A stretch of 64,000 nucleotides of DNA from Ignavibacteriota bacterium (GTDB lineage: Bacteria; Bacteroidota; Ignavibacteria; Palsa-1295). Positions within the stretch are counted from its first letter, which is position 1. The number at the start of each line of letters is the position of its first letter. The stretch spans positions 1,229,153-1,293,152 of the forward strand of contig CAVTNP010000004.1 of NCBI GenBank assembly GCA_963736195.1. The letters are read 5' to 3'. Of this stretch, positions 35,250 to 44,488 are shown in pieces. The notes under the pieces were generated by a model, which was not told where the DNA came from, did not search any database, and saw only the letters and a program-made list of their open reading frames with translations. Both the position numbers and the translations under genes were made by a program.

Positions 35250-37877
35250 ATGCTTGGTAATATTGCTCTTGCGCTCACATTCACCGGCTCTGTAGCGGGG
35301 ATGGTTCTCTATACTCTTGTGGCGCGTGGCCGCGTAGAACTTACACAAGCCGCGCGTACATGCACCCGATTGGCGTTGCTTGGGATGTTCGTTGCGTGCG
35401 GCACTTTGCTCTATTATATCTTCAATTATCACTTCGAGATCAACTACGTGTATGAGCACGCTTCTCGCAAGTTAAGTAAATTCCTGCTCTTCTCCACATT
35501 CTATGCGAGCCAGGAAGGCAGCTTCATGCTCTGGGGATTGTGGACTTCCGTCATTGCTATTTTCCTCATCGGGTACGCACGGCGCCAGCGATACGAAGCA
35601 CACGTGATGGCGATATTCCTTTCTGTGCTTGTTTTCATCTCTATCATGCTGCTTGCAAAGAGCCCGTTTGAGACGATCTATGCGGCAAACCCAGGTGAAG
35701 CGGTCAAGGGTTTTATTCCAGCAGATGGCAAAGGGTTAAATCCTTCCCTGGAAAATTTGTGGATCGTGATCCATCCGCCGATGCTGTTTCTCGGTTTTTC
35801 TCTTCTTGCCGTACCGTTCGCGTTTGCGCTTGCCGGGCTTATCAAGCGTGATTATCAGGGGTGGGTCGTTACCTCAATGCCGTGGACATTAGGCGCGGCG
35901 ATGGTCTTAGGATTTGGCGTAATGCTCGGTGGATTTTGGGCGTATGAAACACTCGGCTGGGGTGGTTTTTGGGGATGGGATCCGGTTGAGAATGCCAGCT
36001 TATTGCCCTGGCTTGTCACGGTCGCTGCGGCGCACACAATGCTTACCCAGAAGCGTACCGGCGGGTTGATTCGAACCAACATCGCTCTCACGCTGCTTGC
36101 GTATGCGTTGGTGCTGTATGGTTCGTTCCTGACCCGTTCCGGCATTCTTGGGGATGCGTCGGTGCATTCGTTTGCCGATCCGGGTAATCTTGCGTTCACG
36201 ATGCTCGTTGTTGCGCTCGGGATCTTTATTGTGGTTCCGTTCAGCATTTTCTTCTGGCGTTGGCGCGAAATGTCGGGCTTCGCTCAGGATTACAAAATTC
36301 TTTCCCGCGAAACAGGGCTTTCGATTGCATCGGCGCTGTTAGGATCAAGTGCACTTGTGGTTTTTATCGGCACCAGCGCACCCTTGCTTAAGAAAAAGGT
36401 TGAGACCGGGTTTTACAATAATCTTCATATCCCGCTCATCACGGTTTTGCTTGTGGTGAACGGGCTTTCGCTATTGCTCAAGTGGCGGCAATCGAGCTGG
36501 AGTGAGGTGATGAAGAAATCGGTCACCGCACTGATCGCGGCGGCTATTTTTACGGTTGGCGTTGTGTTTCTCGGAGTTCGCGACCCAAGTTTTATTGGCG
36601 TTTGTGCGGCAGCGTTTTTTGCGCTGTTCGTCAATCTCGAAATTGGCTGGAAGATCCTGCGCGGCCATTGGCATGTCTCGTTCGATCGATCGTCACCAAC
36701 GCGACATGATTATCTTCGGCGGCTCACGACCGCGCTTTGGATTACTCTATTGCTTGCGCTCGTCGCTCTTCTGGCCGGTACCGCCGGCGATTACAATTTA
36801 TTCGGTTCGGCGATCACGCAATTCTGGCCTTATTTTGCGATCCTTTTTGCTTTGCTGATCACGGCCTTTGTGCTGGCTGGTTATCCGAAATTTATTTTCG
36901 ATACTAAGTTCCTGGGAGCATACGTTGCACATATCGGGCTTGCGGTATTCGTGATCGGCGTCATTGCCGCCAACGGATATACCAAGCGCGATGTGATCCG
37001 ATTGCCGATCCATAAGCCGGTTGCTGCATTCGGTGGCAAGTACACGCTCACTTTTCGTGGGATCGAAAGCGCACCCAACGAACACACCTATTGGCTCATC
37101 GATATTGCGGATCCGCACGGGTATTTGGGAACTGCGCGCCCGCTTTCGTTCATGACGGATTTCAACCAGCATCAGTCGCCGATTTTGAATCCCGGCATTG
37201 TGAAGTACGCATCCCACGATCTTTACTTTACGCTGATGGCTGCCGAATATGAAGGCGGTGTCCCGAAAGATACTCTTGGCAAACTTCAGGAGGCGAACGT
37301 CCTGGATGGCAAGCTCAAAATCAAATTCATCAACTTCGATTTTTCGCCGGCCGAGCGCGCGAAAATGATGTCCCAGCAGCCATTTCATGTGAAAGCAACC
37401 GTGGTCGCAAGCGCTGCTACAAAGCCTGCCGGCGACACGCTGATTCTCGGTGTAACGCGCAATCCCGTCACCGATGAAGCGCAGGAAGACGATGTGCTCG
37501 TGCCCGGCACCAGTTTTCATGTCCAACTCGGGCAGTTAATGCCGGACATGCAGAATCCTGCGAACTCGAAAGTGGTCCTTCGCTATTTCGACGATCAGCA
37601 TTTACCTCCTCCACCCACAGAGGTGATAACGGTCGAGGCATTTGTCAAACCTTATATCAATCTGGTGTGGGGTGGAATCCTCACGCTGGTATTAGGATTT
37701 GGATTTTCGGTAATCCGCCGCCGGCGCGAGGCGCTGGTAGCTCTAGACCGCGCGGAGCGCATGTATGAAAAGCTGGTCGCAAGCGATCATGCCAGGATGA
37801 GTCCGGACGCCCCTGCGCTCGAAAGCCCTCGAAGCCCAATAGTCTTAATCAAAAAGAAACACGAGAAAAGGGCGTAA
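35250..37877 (+). CDS. ccmF: Cytochrome c-type biogenesis protein CcmF / heme lyase family (extended, 875 aa)
   Basis: YASQEGSFMLWGLW and the WD/tryptophan-rich motif WAYETLGWGGFWGWDPVENASLLPWL. There are more than 12 TM helices. The C-terminal ~200 aa extension goes beyond canonical CcmF. Confidence 0.8.
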   Translation: MLGNIALALTFTGSVAGMVLYTLVARGRVELTQAARTCTRLALLGMFVACGTLLYYIFNYHFEINYVYEHASRKLSKFLLFSTFYASQEGSFMLWGLWTSVIAIFLIGYARRQRYEAHVMAIFLSVLVFISIMLLAKSPFETIYAANPGEAVKGFIPADGKGLNPSLENLWIVIHPPMLFLGFSLLAVPFAFALAGLIKRDYQGWVVTSMPWTLGAAMVLGFGVMLGGFWAYETLGWGGFWGWDPVENASLLPWLVTVAAAHTMLTQKRTGGLIRTNIALTLLAYALVLYGSFLTRSGILGDASVHSFADPGNLAFTMLVVALGIFIVVPFSIFFWRWREMSGFAQDYKILSRETGLSIASALLGSSALVVFIGTSAPLLKKKVETGFYNNLHIPLITVLLVVNGLSLLLKWRQSSWSEVMKKSVTALIAAAIFTVGVVFLGVRDPSFIGVCAAAFFALFVNLEIGWKILRGHWHVSFDRSSPTRHDYLRRLTTALWITLLLALVALLAGTAGDYNLFGSAITQFWPYFAILFALLITAFVLAGYPKFIFDTKFLGAYVAHIGLAVFVIGVIAANGYTKRDVIRLPIHKPVAAFGGKYTLTFRGIESAPNEHTYWLIDIADPHGYLGTARPLSFMTDFNQHQSPILNPGIVKYASHDLYFTLMAAEYEGGVPKDTLGKLQEANVLDGKLKIKFINFDFSPAERAKMMSQQPFHVKATVVASAATKPAGDTLILGVTRNPVTDEAQEDDVLVPGTSFHVQLGQLMPDMQNPANSKVVLRYFDDQHLPPPPTEVITVEAFVKPYINLVWGGILTLVLGFGFSVIRRRREALVALDRAERMYEKLVASDHARMSPDAPALESPRSPIVLIKKKHEKRA

Positions 37878-37908
37878 AACTAAAAGATGAAGTGTTGAAG
37901 GCCTTCAA

Positions 37909-37998
37909 GTAGTGGATAACGGATAGTGGATAGTGAAACCGAGCTCTCATCGGATTCTTTTCCTTCGTTATCCACTACAATCTATTCACTATCCACTA
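37909..37998. promoter_or_regulatory. Cluster of four DnaA-box-like 9-mers in the promoter/5' region of the downstream ABC permease gene
   Basis: agtggataa (37911-37919) and agtggatag (37926-34) are TGTGGATAA-like. ttatccact (37968-76) and ctatccact (37989-97) are TTATCCACA-like. Two point inward and two outward, with 7/9 to 8/9 matches to the consensus. Confidence 0.4.
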
Positions 37999-38003
37999 CG
38001 TAG

Positions 38004-39755
38004 ATGAGCTTCGTACGCGACGTTTTTAGCCTTCCACGGCGCCTGAGCTATGCCGACCTCGTGGTCTTCGGCATTCTTGGCGGCATGATCTATTGGCTCA
38101 TGCTGGTTTCGCGCGAGTGGTCGCAAGCGCTTCAGCCGCACACGGTCATTCATTCCGAGTTTATCTATTTGCCGCTGTACACGCTGTATTCGCTTGCTCG
38201 CGGGTTGGGAGCTTATGTGCTTTCGCTGCTCTTTACCATCGTGTATGGCTATGTGATGGCCCACTCCAAGCGCGCGGAGAAATTCATGCTCTCGCTGCTC
38301 GATATTTTGCAGAGTGTCCCGATCGTCGCATTTCTACCCATGTTGGTGCTGGTGTTCGTCACGCTTTTTCCGCACGCAAATTTCGGTTTGGAGATTGCTT
38401 CCGTGATAACCATTTTCACGGGTCAGGTCTGGAATATGACGTTTGCCTTTTATCATTCGATCAAGTCGATTCCGCAAGATTTACAAGATGCCTCCCAAAG
38501 TTACCACCTGAATAAACGCGAAACACTTTTGCGATTGGAACTGCCGGCCAGCGCCATTCCGCTGATATGGAATTCGATGATGTCCATGGCGGGAGGATGG
38601 TTTTTTCTCTCGTTAAGCGAAGCCTTCCAGTATGGCGGGAAGGATTTTCGGCTCCCCGGTATTGGCAGTTACATGGCGATGGCCGTCGATCAAGGCAACG
38701 TCCCGGGCATGATCGGTGCTGTAATCGCGATGGGCCTGATGATCATTTTTCTCGATCGCGTGCTTTGGAAGCCCCTTGTGATTTGGAGCCGAAAATTTCG
38801 TGTCGAGGAACTATCGAGCGAGCCGGAAGGAAAATCCTTTATTCTTACGATCGTCCAGCGATCCGAGTTAATTCAATCCATCAGCCGGTGGATTGCCCGC
38901 CGGCGGCGCGAAAACGAGGGAGCCAGCGAAGCGGCGTTCCTGGCCGCAAAGGAGGAACTAAACCATGATGCCTTCGACCAAAAGGTCGAAGTAGAAACTC
39001 CGTTGCGCAAAGCTATTGGCATTGGTTTGATGGCGGTCATTTTGGGATTACTCGCCTACGGTGTTTTCCGGTTGTACATCGTCTTTACACAGGAGGTAAC
39101 GGGCGCGGAATGGCTTACCATCGTCGGCGATTCGCTGCTGACCTTCCTTCGCGTGCTTGCTGCGCTGATAATCGGGGCAGCGTGGGCTGTGCCGATCGGC
39201 GTTATTATCGGCATGAATGCACGGTGGTCGCACCGGTTGCAGCCGGTCGTACAATTTATTTCATCCTTTCCTGCCCCGATGTTTTTCCCGCTTTTTATTT
39301 TTCTTTTCCGGCAATGGGGTATTTCGATCGAGTACGGTTCGATCGTGCTCATGCTGTTAGGCACACAATGGTATTTACTATTCAACGTCATCGCAGGCGC
39401 GAGCGCCATTCCAACCGATTTGCAGGAAATGTCAGCAAGTTACAGGATCACGAAAAAGTCGCTATGGAGAAAGTTACTCTTGCCAGCGGTCTTTCCCTCG
39501 GTGGTTACCGGTGCGATCACAGCGGCTGGCGGCGCGTGGAATGCGAGTATTGTAGCGGAGATTGTGGCGTATGGCCACGAAACGTTTGCGGCGCATGGTA
39601 TCGGCGCCTTGCTTTCCATGGCATACGACAAAGGTAACTATGCACTTTTGGGTGCGGGCATTTTTGCGCTATGCCTGATGGTCGTCTCGATCAATAAATT
39701 CGTCTGGCGTAAGTTATTTGCCATCGCGCAGGACCGGTTTGCTCTGAATTCGTAA
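38004..39755 (+). CDS. ABC transporter permease, duplicated/fused two-domain inner membrane component
   Basis: 583 aa with two homologous halves. Each half has ~6 TM helices and a binding-protein-dependent permease signature loop. Confidence 0.65.
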   Translation: MSFVRDVFSLPRRLSYADLVVFGILGGMIYWLMLVSREWSQALQPHTVIHSEFIYLPLYTLYSLARGLGAYVLSLLFTIVYGYVMAHSKRAEKFMLSLLDILQSVPIVAFLPMLVLVFVTLFPHANFGLEIASVITIFTGQVWNMTFAFYHSIKSIPQDLQDASQSYHLNKRETLLRLELPASAIPLIWNSMMSMAGGWFFLSLSEAFQYGGKDFRLPGIGSYMAMAVDQGNVPGMIGAVIAMGLMIIFLDRVLWKPLVIWSRKFRVEELSSEPEGKSFILTIVQRSELIQSISRWIARRRRENEGASEAAFLAAKEELNHDAFDQKVEVETPLRKAIGIGLMAVILGLLAYGVFRLYIVFTQEVTGAEWLTIVGDSLLTFLRVLAALIIGAAWAVPIGVIIGMNARWSHRLQPVVQFISSFPAPMFFPLFIFLFRQWGISIEYGSIVLMLLGTQWYLLFNVIAGASAIPTDLQEMSASYRITKKSLWRKLLLPAVFPSVVTGAITAAGGAWNASIVAEIVAYGHETFAAHGIGALLSMAYDKGNYALLGAGIFALCLMVVSINKFVWRKLFAIAQDRFALNS

Positions 39756-39793
39756 AGTGGAACTAACAAGAACGGAATGCGATTGTTTCTCGA

Positions 39794-40645
39794 ATGAAAC
39801 TTTTCACTCTCTCGACCATTGTTCTCCTAAGCTGCGTCGGCTGTACGGTCGAAGTTCACGAAGCTGAACTGCTTCACCCAAGCAGGGCATCTGTTCTCCC
39901 AGCAGACTCGCTATCCTTCGGAGAACTTACTGGTGAAAATATTAGCATAAACATGGAGCCTGGCGTCACGCTCCGAGGCATTCTCCTCCGAAACCCCTCC
40001 TGCAAGAGAACGATCATTTACTTCTATGGAAATGGCGGGGAGCTAATACATCAGGACATACGCACCACGCTGGATAGCCTGTCGATAATGCTCAATGCGA
40101 ATCTTATCTCTTTCGATTTCAGAGGGTACGGTTTCAGCGATGGCGACGCCTCACTCTCAGCACTTATGACAGATGCATTGAAAGTTTACGATACCGTAAA
40201 AGCTCGTTGGAGTGCAGATATGCCGATCTATGTGTTTGGGAGATCGATTGGGGCAGCGCCAGCAATGCTTGTCGCAAGCGAGAAAAGTTGTGCGGGGATG
40301 ATCCTTGAGTCCCCACCAGCGTCGACGTCTGAAGTCATTCCTGAGTGGTCAGGAATGCTTCCATGGTATGAAAGCATTTTCATTTCGACGAGGCCAGACA
40401 GCGCTCTCGCTAATCTCAAACCACAGACTACCGATCTCGCCAGCAAAATTAGCGTTCCTGCTCTAATTATTCACGGCTCTAAAGATGATTTTATATTACC
40501 GAAGTTTGGCAAAGAACTATTCGAGAAGATCATGTCCAAAAATAAGGACTATATCGAGGTTCCGGGGGCTGGTCACTGGGATTTAATCCCCTATCGATCG
40601 CCCGTGGTTGACAGCATACGTTCATTCCTGGACCGTTCCAATTAG
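39794..40645 (+). CDS. Alpha/beta hydrolase fold protein (secreted/lipoprotein)
   Basis: Signal MKLFTLSTIVLLSCVGC. Nucleophile elbow region is VFGRSIGAAP. Followed by HGSKDDFILP ... GAGHWD, a catalytic Asp/His arrangement. Confidence 0.6.
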   Translation: MKLFTLSTIVLLSCVGCTVEVHEAELLHPSRASVLPADSLSFGELTGENISINMEPGVTLRGILLRNPSCKRTIIYFYGNGGELIHQDIRTTLDSLSIMLNANLISFDFRGYGFSDGDASLSALMTDALKVYDTVKARWSADMPIYVFGRSIGAAPAMLVASEKSCAGMILESPPASTSEVIPEWSGMLPWYESIFISTRPDSALANLKPQTTDLASKISVPALIIHGSKDDFILPKFGKELFEKIMSKNKDYIEVPGAGHWDLIPYRSPVVDSIRSFLDRSN

Positions 40646-40665
40646 TCTTCTAATCGCATAAGCTC

Positions 40666-41661
40666 TCACTTTTCCCGCTCGATGACATACTGTGCAAATA
40701 GTCGAAGCGCTTCGCGAGATGGGGATTCCGGCAATACCATAAGCGCTTGTGACGCAGCCGCTACTTGTTCTTCAGCCTTTGCTCGTGCGTAGGCAATGCT
40801 TCCATTCGAGGTAACGAACTCCATTATATCACCGTAGGATTCTTTCGCGGCTTTGCCACTTTTTACAAGGCTGAGCATCCGCTTTCTATCGCTGTTGGAT
40901 GCTTTGGAGAGCGCATGGATGAGCGGAAGGGTGAGCTTTTTTTCTTTTAGATCTGCTTCGACAGGTTTGCCGATCTTACCATTCGACGTTTCAAAACCGA
41001 AGAGATCATCTCGAATCTGGAATGCAATTCCCACGGCTTCGCCATAATTTCGCAGGGCATCATGATAAACCTTCCCAACTCCTTCATGCTTATTTGGATA
41101 AATGCTTGCACAACCGAGTTCGCAGCAGGTACTTATTAGCGAAGCCGTTTTGTCCGCGATGATGCGGAAGTACGCTGCCTCATCAATGTTAAGCTGACGG
41201 GCTTTTTGCAGTTGATACAGCTCGCCTTCCGACATTCTTCGCACTGCGTTCGACGTGATCTCTAAAAAATGGTATTCGTTCGTTTGGACGGTACGCAACA
41301 AACCCTGGGCCAGCAGGTAATCCCCCATCAGCACACCAACCTTATTTTTCCAGAGTGCTTTAATACTTGCAAGCCCTCGGCGGAGTTCTGAATCATCGAC
41401 TACGTCATCGTGAATAAGCGTAGCTGTATGGAGTAGCTCTACAAGCGTAGCGGCACGATAGGTTGCATCGTTGACTTGACCGCAGGCTTTCGCAGAAAGC
41501 AGCACCAGCATTGGGCGAAGTTGCTTACCCTTCGTTCGAATAAGATATTTCGCCACCAGATTTACGAGCGGAACGTCCGAGATCATGGCGCGACGGAATT
41601 CGGCATTGAATTCCTTCATCTCACGTTCGACGGGCTGAAGTATTTCCTGGAGTTGGGACAT
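40666..41661 (-). CDS. ispB: Polyprenyl diphosphate synthase (IspB-like, trans-isoprenyl diphosphate synthase)
   Basis: First Asp-rich motif is LIHDDVVDDSELRRG. Second is FQIRDDLFGF. Length 331 aa. Confidence 0.85.
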   Translation of the reverse strand: MSQLQEILQPVEREMKEFNAEFRRAMISDVPLVNLVAKYLIRTKGKQLRPMLVLLSAKACGQVNDATYRAATLVELLHTATLIHDDVVDDSELRRGLASIKALWKNKVGVLMGDYLLAQGLLRTVQTNEYHFLEITSNAVRRMSEGELYQLQKARQLNIDEAAYFRIIADKTASLISTCCELGCASIYPNKHEGVGKVYHDALRNYGEAVGIAFQIRDDLFGFETSNGKIGKPVEADLKEKKLTLPLIHALSKASNSDRKRMLSLVKSGKAAKESYGDIMEFVTSNGSIAYARAKAEEQVAAASQALMVLPESPSREALRLFAQYVIEREK

Positions 41662-41670
41662 AGGATCAGA

Positions 41671-42450
41671 TCAAGACATGGCAGCGGCTTCGGCCTTGCG
41701 CCGCTGCCGTGCCGCAAGCGCCGTGGCTCCGATAGAAAGCTCGAAGAGCGCCCACAGCGGGCCAAACAAAATGAGTTGCAATATGGGATTTCCACCGGGC
41801 GAGAGCACAGCCGCAATAGCAAGCAGGATCACGATCGCATGGCGGCGATAATGCCGCATGAACGTTGGATTAAGAATTCCCAACCGTCCGAGAAAATAAG
41901 CCACCAAGGGAAGCTCGAAAACAATGCCGGATAATAGGATGATCTCCAGAAAAACGGACAGGTACTTATCGATCTGGATCATGTTCTGCACATTGCCGAT
42001 CACGAATCCCATGGAGAAGCTGAGCACCATCGGAAGCATCACCCAATACGCAAATGCAAGACCGCATAAGAAACTGAACACGGTAAAGAAGGTGATCTGG
42101 CTTACATACTTGCGCTCGTTCTCTTTAAGTCCGGGAGACACAAATTTCCAGATCTGCACCAAAGTATAGGGGAAGGAAACGATCACCCCACCCCATAGCA
42201 CGATCGACATCCACACCGAAAGCTGACCGTACACCTCTGTGTTTAGCAGCTTCATCGGAGGATTGGTTTGCATCGTGGGCAGAAGGATCACGTATTCCAT
42301 GATCTGATCGAAAAAGATAGCACACAGCCCCATGCCAACACCGATCCCGATTACCGCGCGGACGACAACCCAGCGCAGCTCTTCGAGATGCTCCCATACG
42401 GACATCTCCTGGTCGGCTTTATTGGGTTCGTTGTTATCCTTTTCGCTCAT
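41671..42450 (-). CDS. tatC: Sec-independent protein translocase subunit TatC
   Basis: MSVWEHLEELRWVVVRAVIGIGVGM N-region, six TM helices, and TatC-conserved LSPGGNP / FELP segments. Confidence 0.85.
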   Translation of the reverse strand: MSEKDNNEPNKADQEMSVWEHLEELRWVVVRAVIGIGVGMGLCAIFFDQIMEYVILLPTMQTNPPMKLLNTEVYGQLSVWMSIVLWGGVIVSFPYTLVQIWKFVSPGLKENERKYVSQITFFTVFSFLCGLAFAYWVMLPMVLSFSMGFVIGNVQNMIQIDKYLSVFLEIILLSGIVFELPLVAYFLGRLGILNPTFMRHYRRHAIVILLAIAAVLSPGGNPILQLILFGPLWALFELSIGATALAARQRRKAEAAAMS

Positions 42451-42549
42451 TGCCCGCGATAAACGCGCAGGCGAGGGCTTTCGTCCCGTTTTTCCCGCGA
42501 TCTCCCCTCTCGACGGAAAACTACGTTGTCATCGTGTGCAACGCTTCAT

Positions 42550-42888
42550 TTATTTTGAGAATCGAGCGTGAACGCTCCCACTCTCCTTGATCACCACCTC
42601 ATAGCCATCTGCATTTGTGGGCAATTTGGATCTTAAGCTATCGGTTAGAACATCTACGAAAATGACGATGGCCGGCTTGCCATCGTTTTGTCCTTCGCCG
42701 GTTCCGGTCACGCCCGGAATGCTCACCCAGCTCGCAGTGTGGTTAGCGAGGACTTCCGAGATCGGCTTGAGCGAGTCACGCAAGGGTTGGCTGGATTGGA
42801 TCTGGGCTGGACTTGAAGGCTGCACATTCGCCGGTTTCGGAGCACACGCTCCGATGAGCAGTACGAAAAATACCCAGACCGTTTTCAT
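42550..42888 (-). CDS. Small lipoprotein homologous to the N-terminal pro-like domain of the adjacent serine protease
   Basis: Lipobox LLIGAC. SWVSIPGVTGTGEGQNDGKPAIVIFVDVLTDSLRSKLPTNADGYEVVIKESGSVHARF aligns with LMAIPGVIGDGVGIDKTNPGKATIVVFTSRDGVEGIPASIEGINTDIKMVGKVTARS of the upstream gene product. Confidence 0.4.
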   Translation of the reverse strand: MKTVWVFFVLLIGACAPKPANVQPSSPAQIQSSQPLRDSLKPISEVLANHTASWVSIPGVTGTGEGQNDGKPAIVIFVDVLTDSLRSKLPTNADGYEVVIKESGSVHARFSK

Positions 42889-42959
42889 GCCTCATCTAAA
42901 AAAAATGGCTCCTGAAAAGCAGGAGCCATTTGTTAAAATTCCAACTCAGGATGGTCTAA

Positions 42960-44213
42960 TTAGAATGACTGTATGAAGGTCAGCCCGAAATCCTTTGCTA
43001 TGTGATCCATTCGGTTCATGAAGGAAGCCTTGGAACTACCGGCGAAATCCAGCCCGACCGGGTCGTTGTTGGTGCTGCCCGTACTATTAACCACTGACAT
43101 CGATCCGCTGTCGCCAGACTCGATGTAAGTTCCGTTATCTACATAGAACTGATCGACAAAGACTGCATTGTAATTCTGGTATCCCACCGTAATCGTCACG
43201 TTGATCGCGTATATGGAGCCGGTGGTGTATCCAGTAGTTCTACCCGTCTTTTTGATCGCCATACCTACACTCGGAGCTACGGGAGTGTTTGAAGGAGTAT
43301 AAGATAATTTGTACGGCTTGGTATTCGGATTCGACATCATTGCAGGAGACCATCCTCCAGAAAGATTAGGATTGCACTCTGCAAGCGCTGCATCGTAGTA
43401 ATTCTTCGTGGCGATGATAGTATTCCACGAGTGGAGATTGCCAACCGCTCCGGCTGAACCGCAGCTCTGATCGGCACGCCCGGGCTGAACCTGCTGCACC
43501 GGCCCGTTCACTGAATCTTCATTGGCAAAGACGTGATTACAGCTTAGCATGTAAACGGGAGTTTTTGTGCCCCAGGAGAACTGGTTGTTATACACCGTCA
43601 TTTTGCCGCCATAGGTGGCTGTTCCGCTCTTGGCGAGCGTGCTGTTCACGAGCGCCCCGATCGAGCCCGCAATACAATATTCGTTCGACACCAGATTGGT
43701 ATCGCCTACTGTGACACCGCATGGAAGGGGTGAACGATAGCTGCCGGTAAACGAACGCGCAGTCACCTTCCCTACCATCTTGATATCGGTGTTGATGCCT
43801 TCGATCGAAGCGGGAATTCCCTCGACGCCATCGCGGCTGGTGAATACGACGATCGTTGCCTTGCCTGGGTTCGTCTTATCGATGCCGACGCCATCACCGA
43901 TCACGCCGGGAATGGCCATCAACGACGCCTCATGGCGGCCCTGAACAGCTATGGCTTGCTGGATGAATACCGGCTGCCCCGACCATTCGGTCGCTCCGGT
44001 GGATGGACCAACGGACGAGGGCAGCGTCCCCGAAGGCGAATTCGGCGCCCCGCTCTGGTCACAGCTTCCCACAACAAAGGAAATGATAAGGAGGCTCAAG
44101 CAGAGACTCGAGCGATTCAAACGTGTAATGTTAGCCATAAGAGTGATAGAATAAACACTAACTTTCAGATTGAGGATGCCGAGCCGTTTGTAGTAAGACT
44201 CATCATTCATCAA
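42960..44213 (-). CDS. Secreted trypsin-fold (S1-like, alpha-lytic-protease-like) serine peptidase, putative
   Basis: Signal/TM LCLSLLIISFVVGSC. Candidate catalytic His is in LSCNHVFAN. Catalytic Ser is in ESGDSGSMSV (compare GDSGG). An N-terminal pro-like domain is present. Identification is motif-level only. Confidence 0.45.
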   Translation of the reverse strand: MMNDESYYKRLGILNLKVSVYSITLMANITRLNRSSLCLSLLIISFVVGSCDQSGAPNSPSGTLPSSVGPSTGATEWSGQPVFIQQAIAVQGRHEASLMAIPGVIGDGVGIDKTNPGKATIVVFTSRDGVEGIPASIEGINTDIKMVGKVTARSFTGSYRSPLPCGVTVGDTNLVSNEYCIAGSIGALVNSTLAKSGTATYGGKMTVYNNQFSWGTKTPVYMLSCNHVFANEDSVNGPVQQVQPGRADQSCGSAGAVGNLHSWNTIIATKNYYDAALAECNPNLSGGWSPAMMSNPNTKPYKLSYTPSNTPVAPSVGMAIKKTGRTTGYTTGSIYAINVTITVGYQNYNAVFVDQFYVDNGTYIESGDSGSMSVVNSTGSTNNDPVGLDFAGSSKASFMNRMDHIAKDFGLTFIQSF

Positions 44214-44423
44214 ACAGAAGGCGAATGTGTGAACGTAAATTTGGATAAGGTAATCCTCGGAAGCAACAATTTTTCCACGAATGGATTCCCTCAGGATTCA
44301 TAAAAGTTTGCTTACGATATTGTTACCCAAAAGGGCATTTCCTGCACAAAATCCCTCAACAATCCGCTCCCCGCTAGGTGAAGAGGAATTGGAAAGAAAC
44401 TCCTCTCCTCCAGCAGGATGAGA

Positions 44424-44456
44424 GAAAAAAAAACTCCTCTCCCTCTTGTGGGAGAG
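44424..44456 (-). terminator. Rho-independent terminator downstream of the 44489-45496 gene
   Basis: On the minus strand the stem is cctctccc-acaaga-gggagagg, followed by T9 (forward A9 at 44424-44432). Confidence 0.7.
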
Positions 44457-44488
44457 GTTGGGTGAGGGGCCAGCAGTGCTGCGAACAA

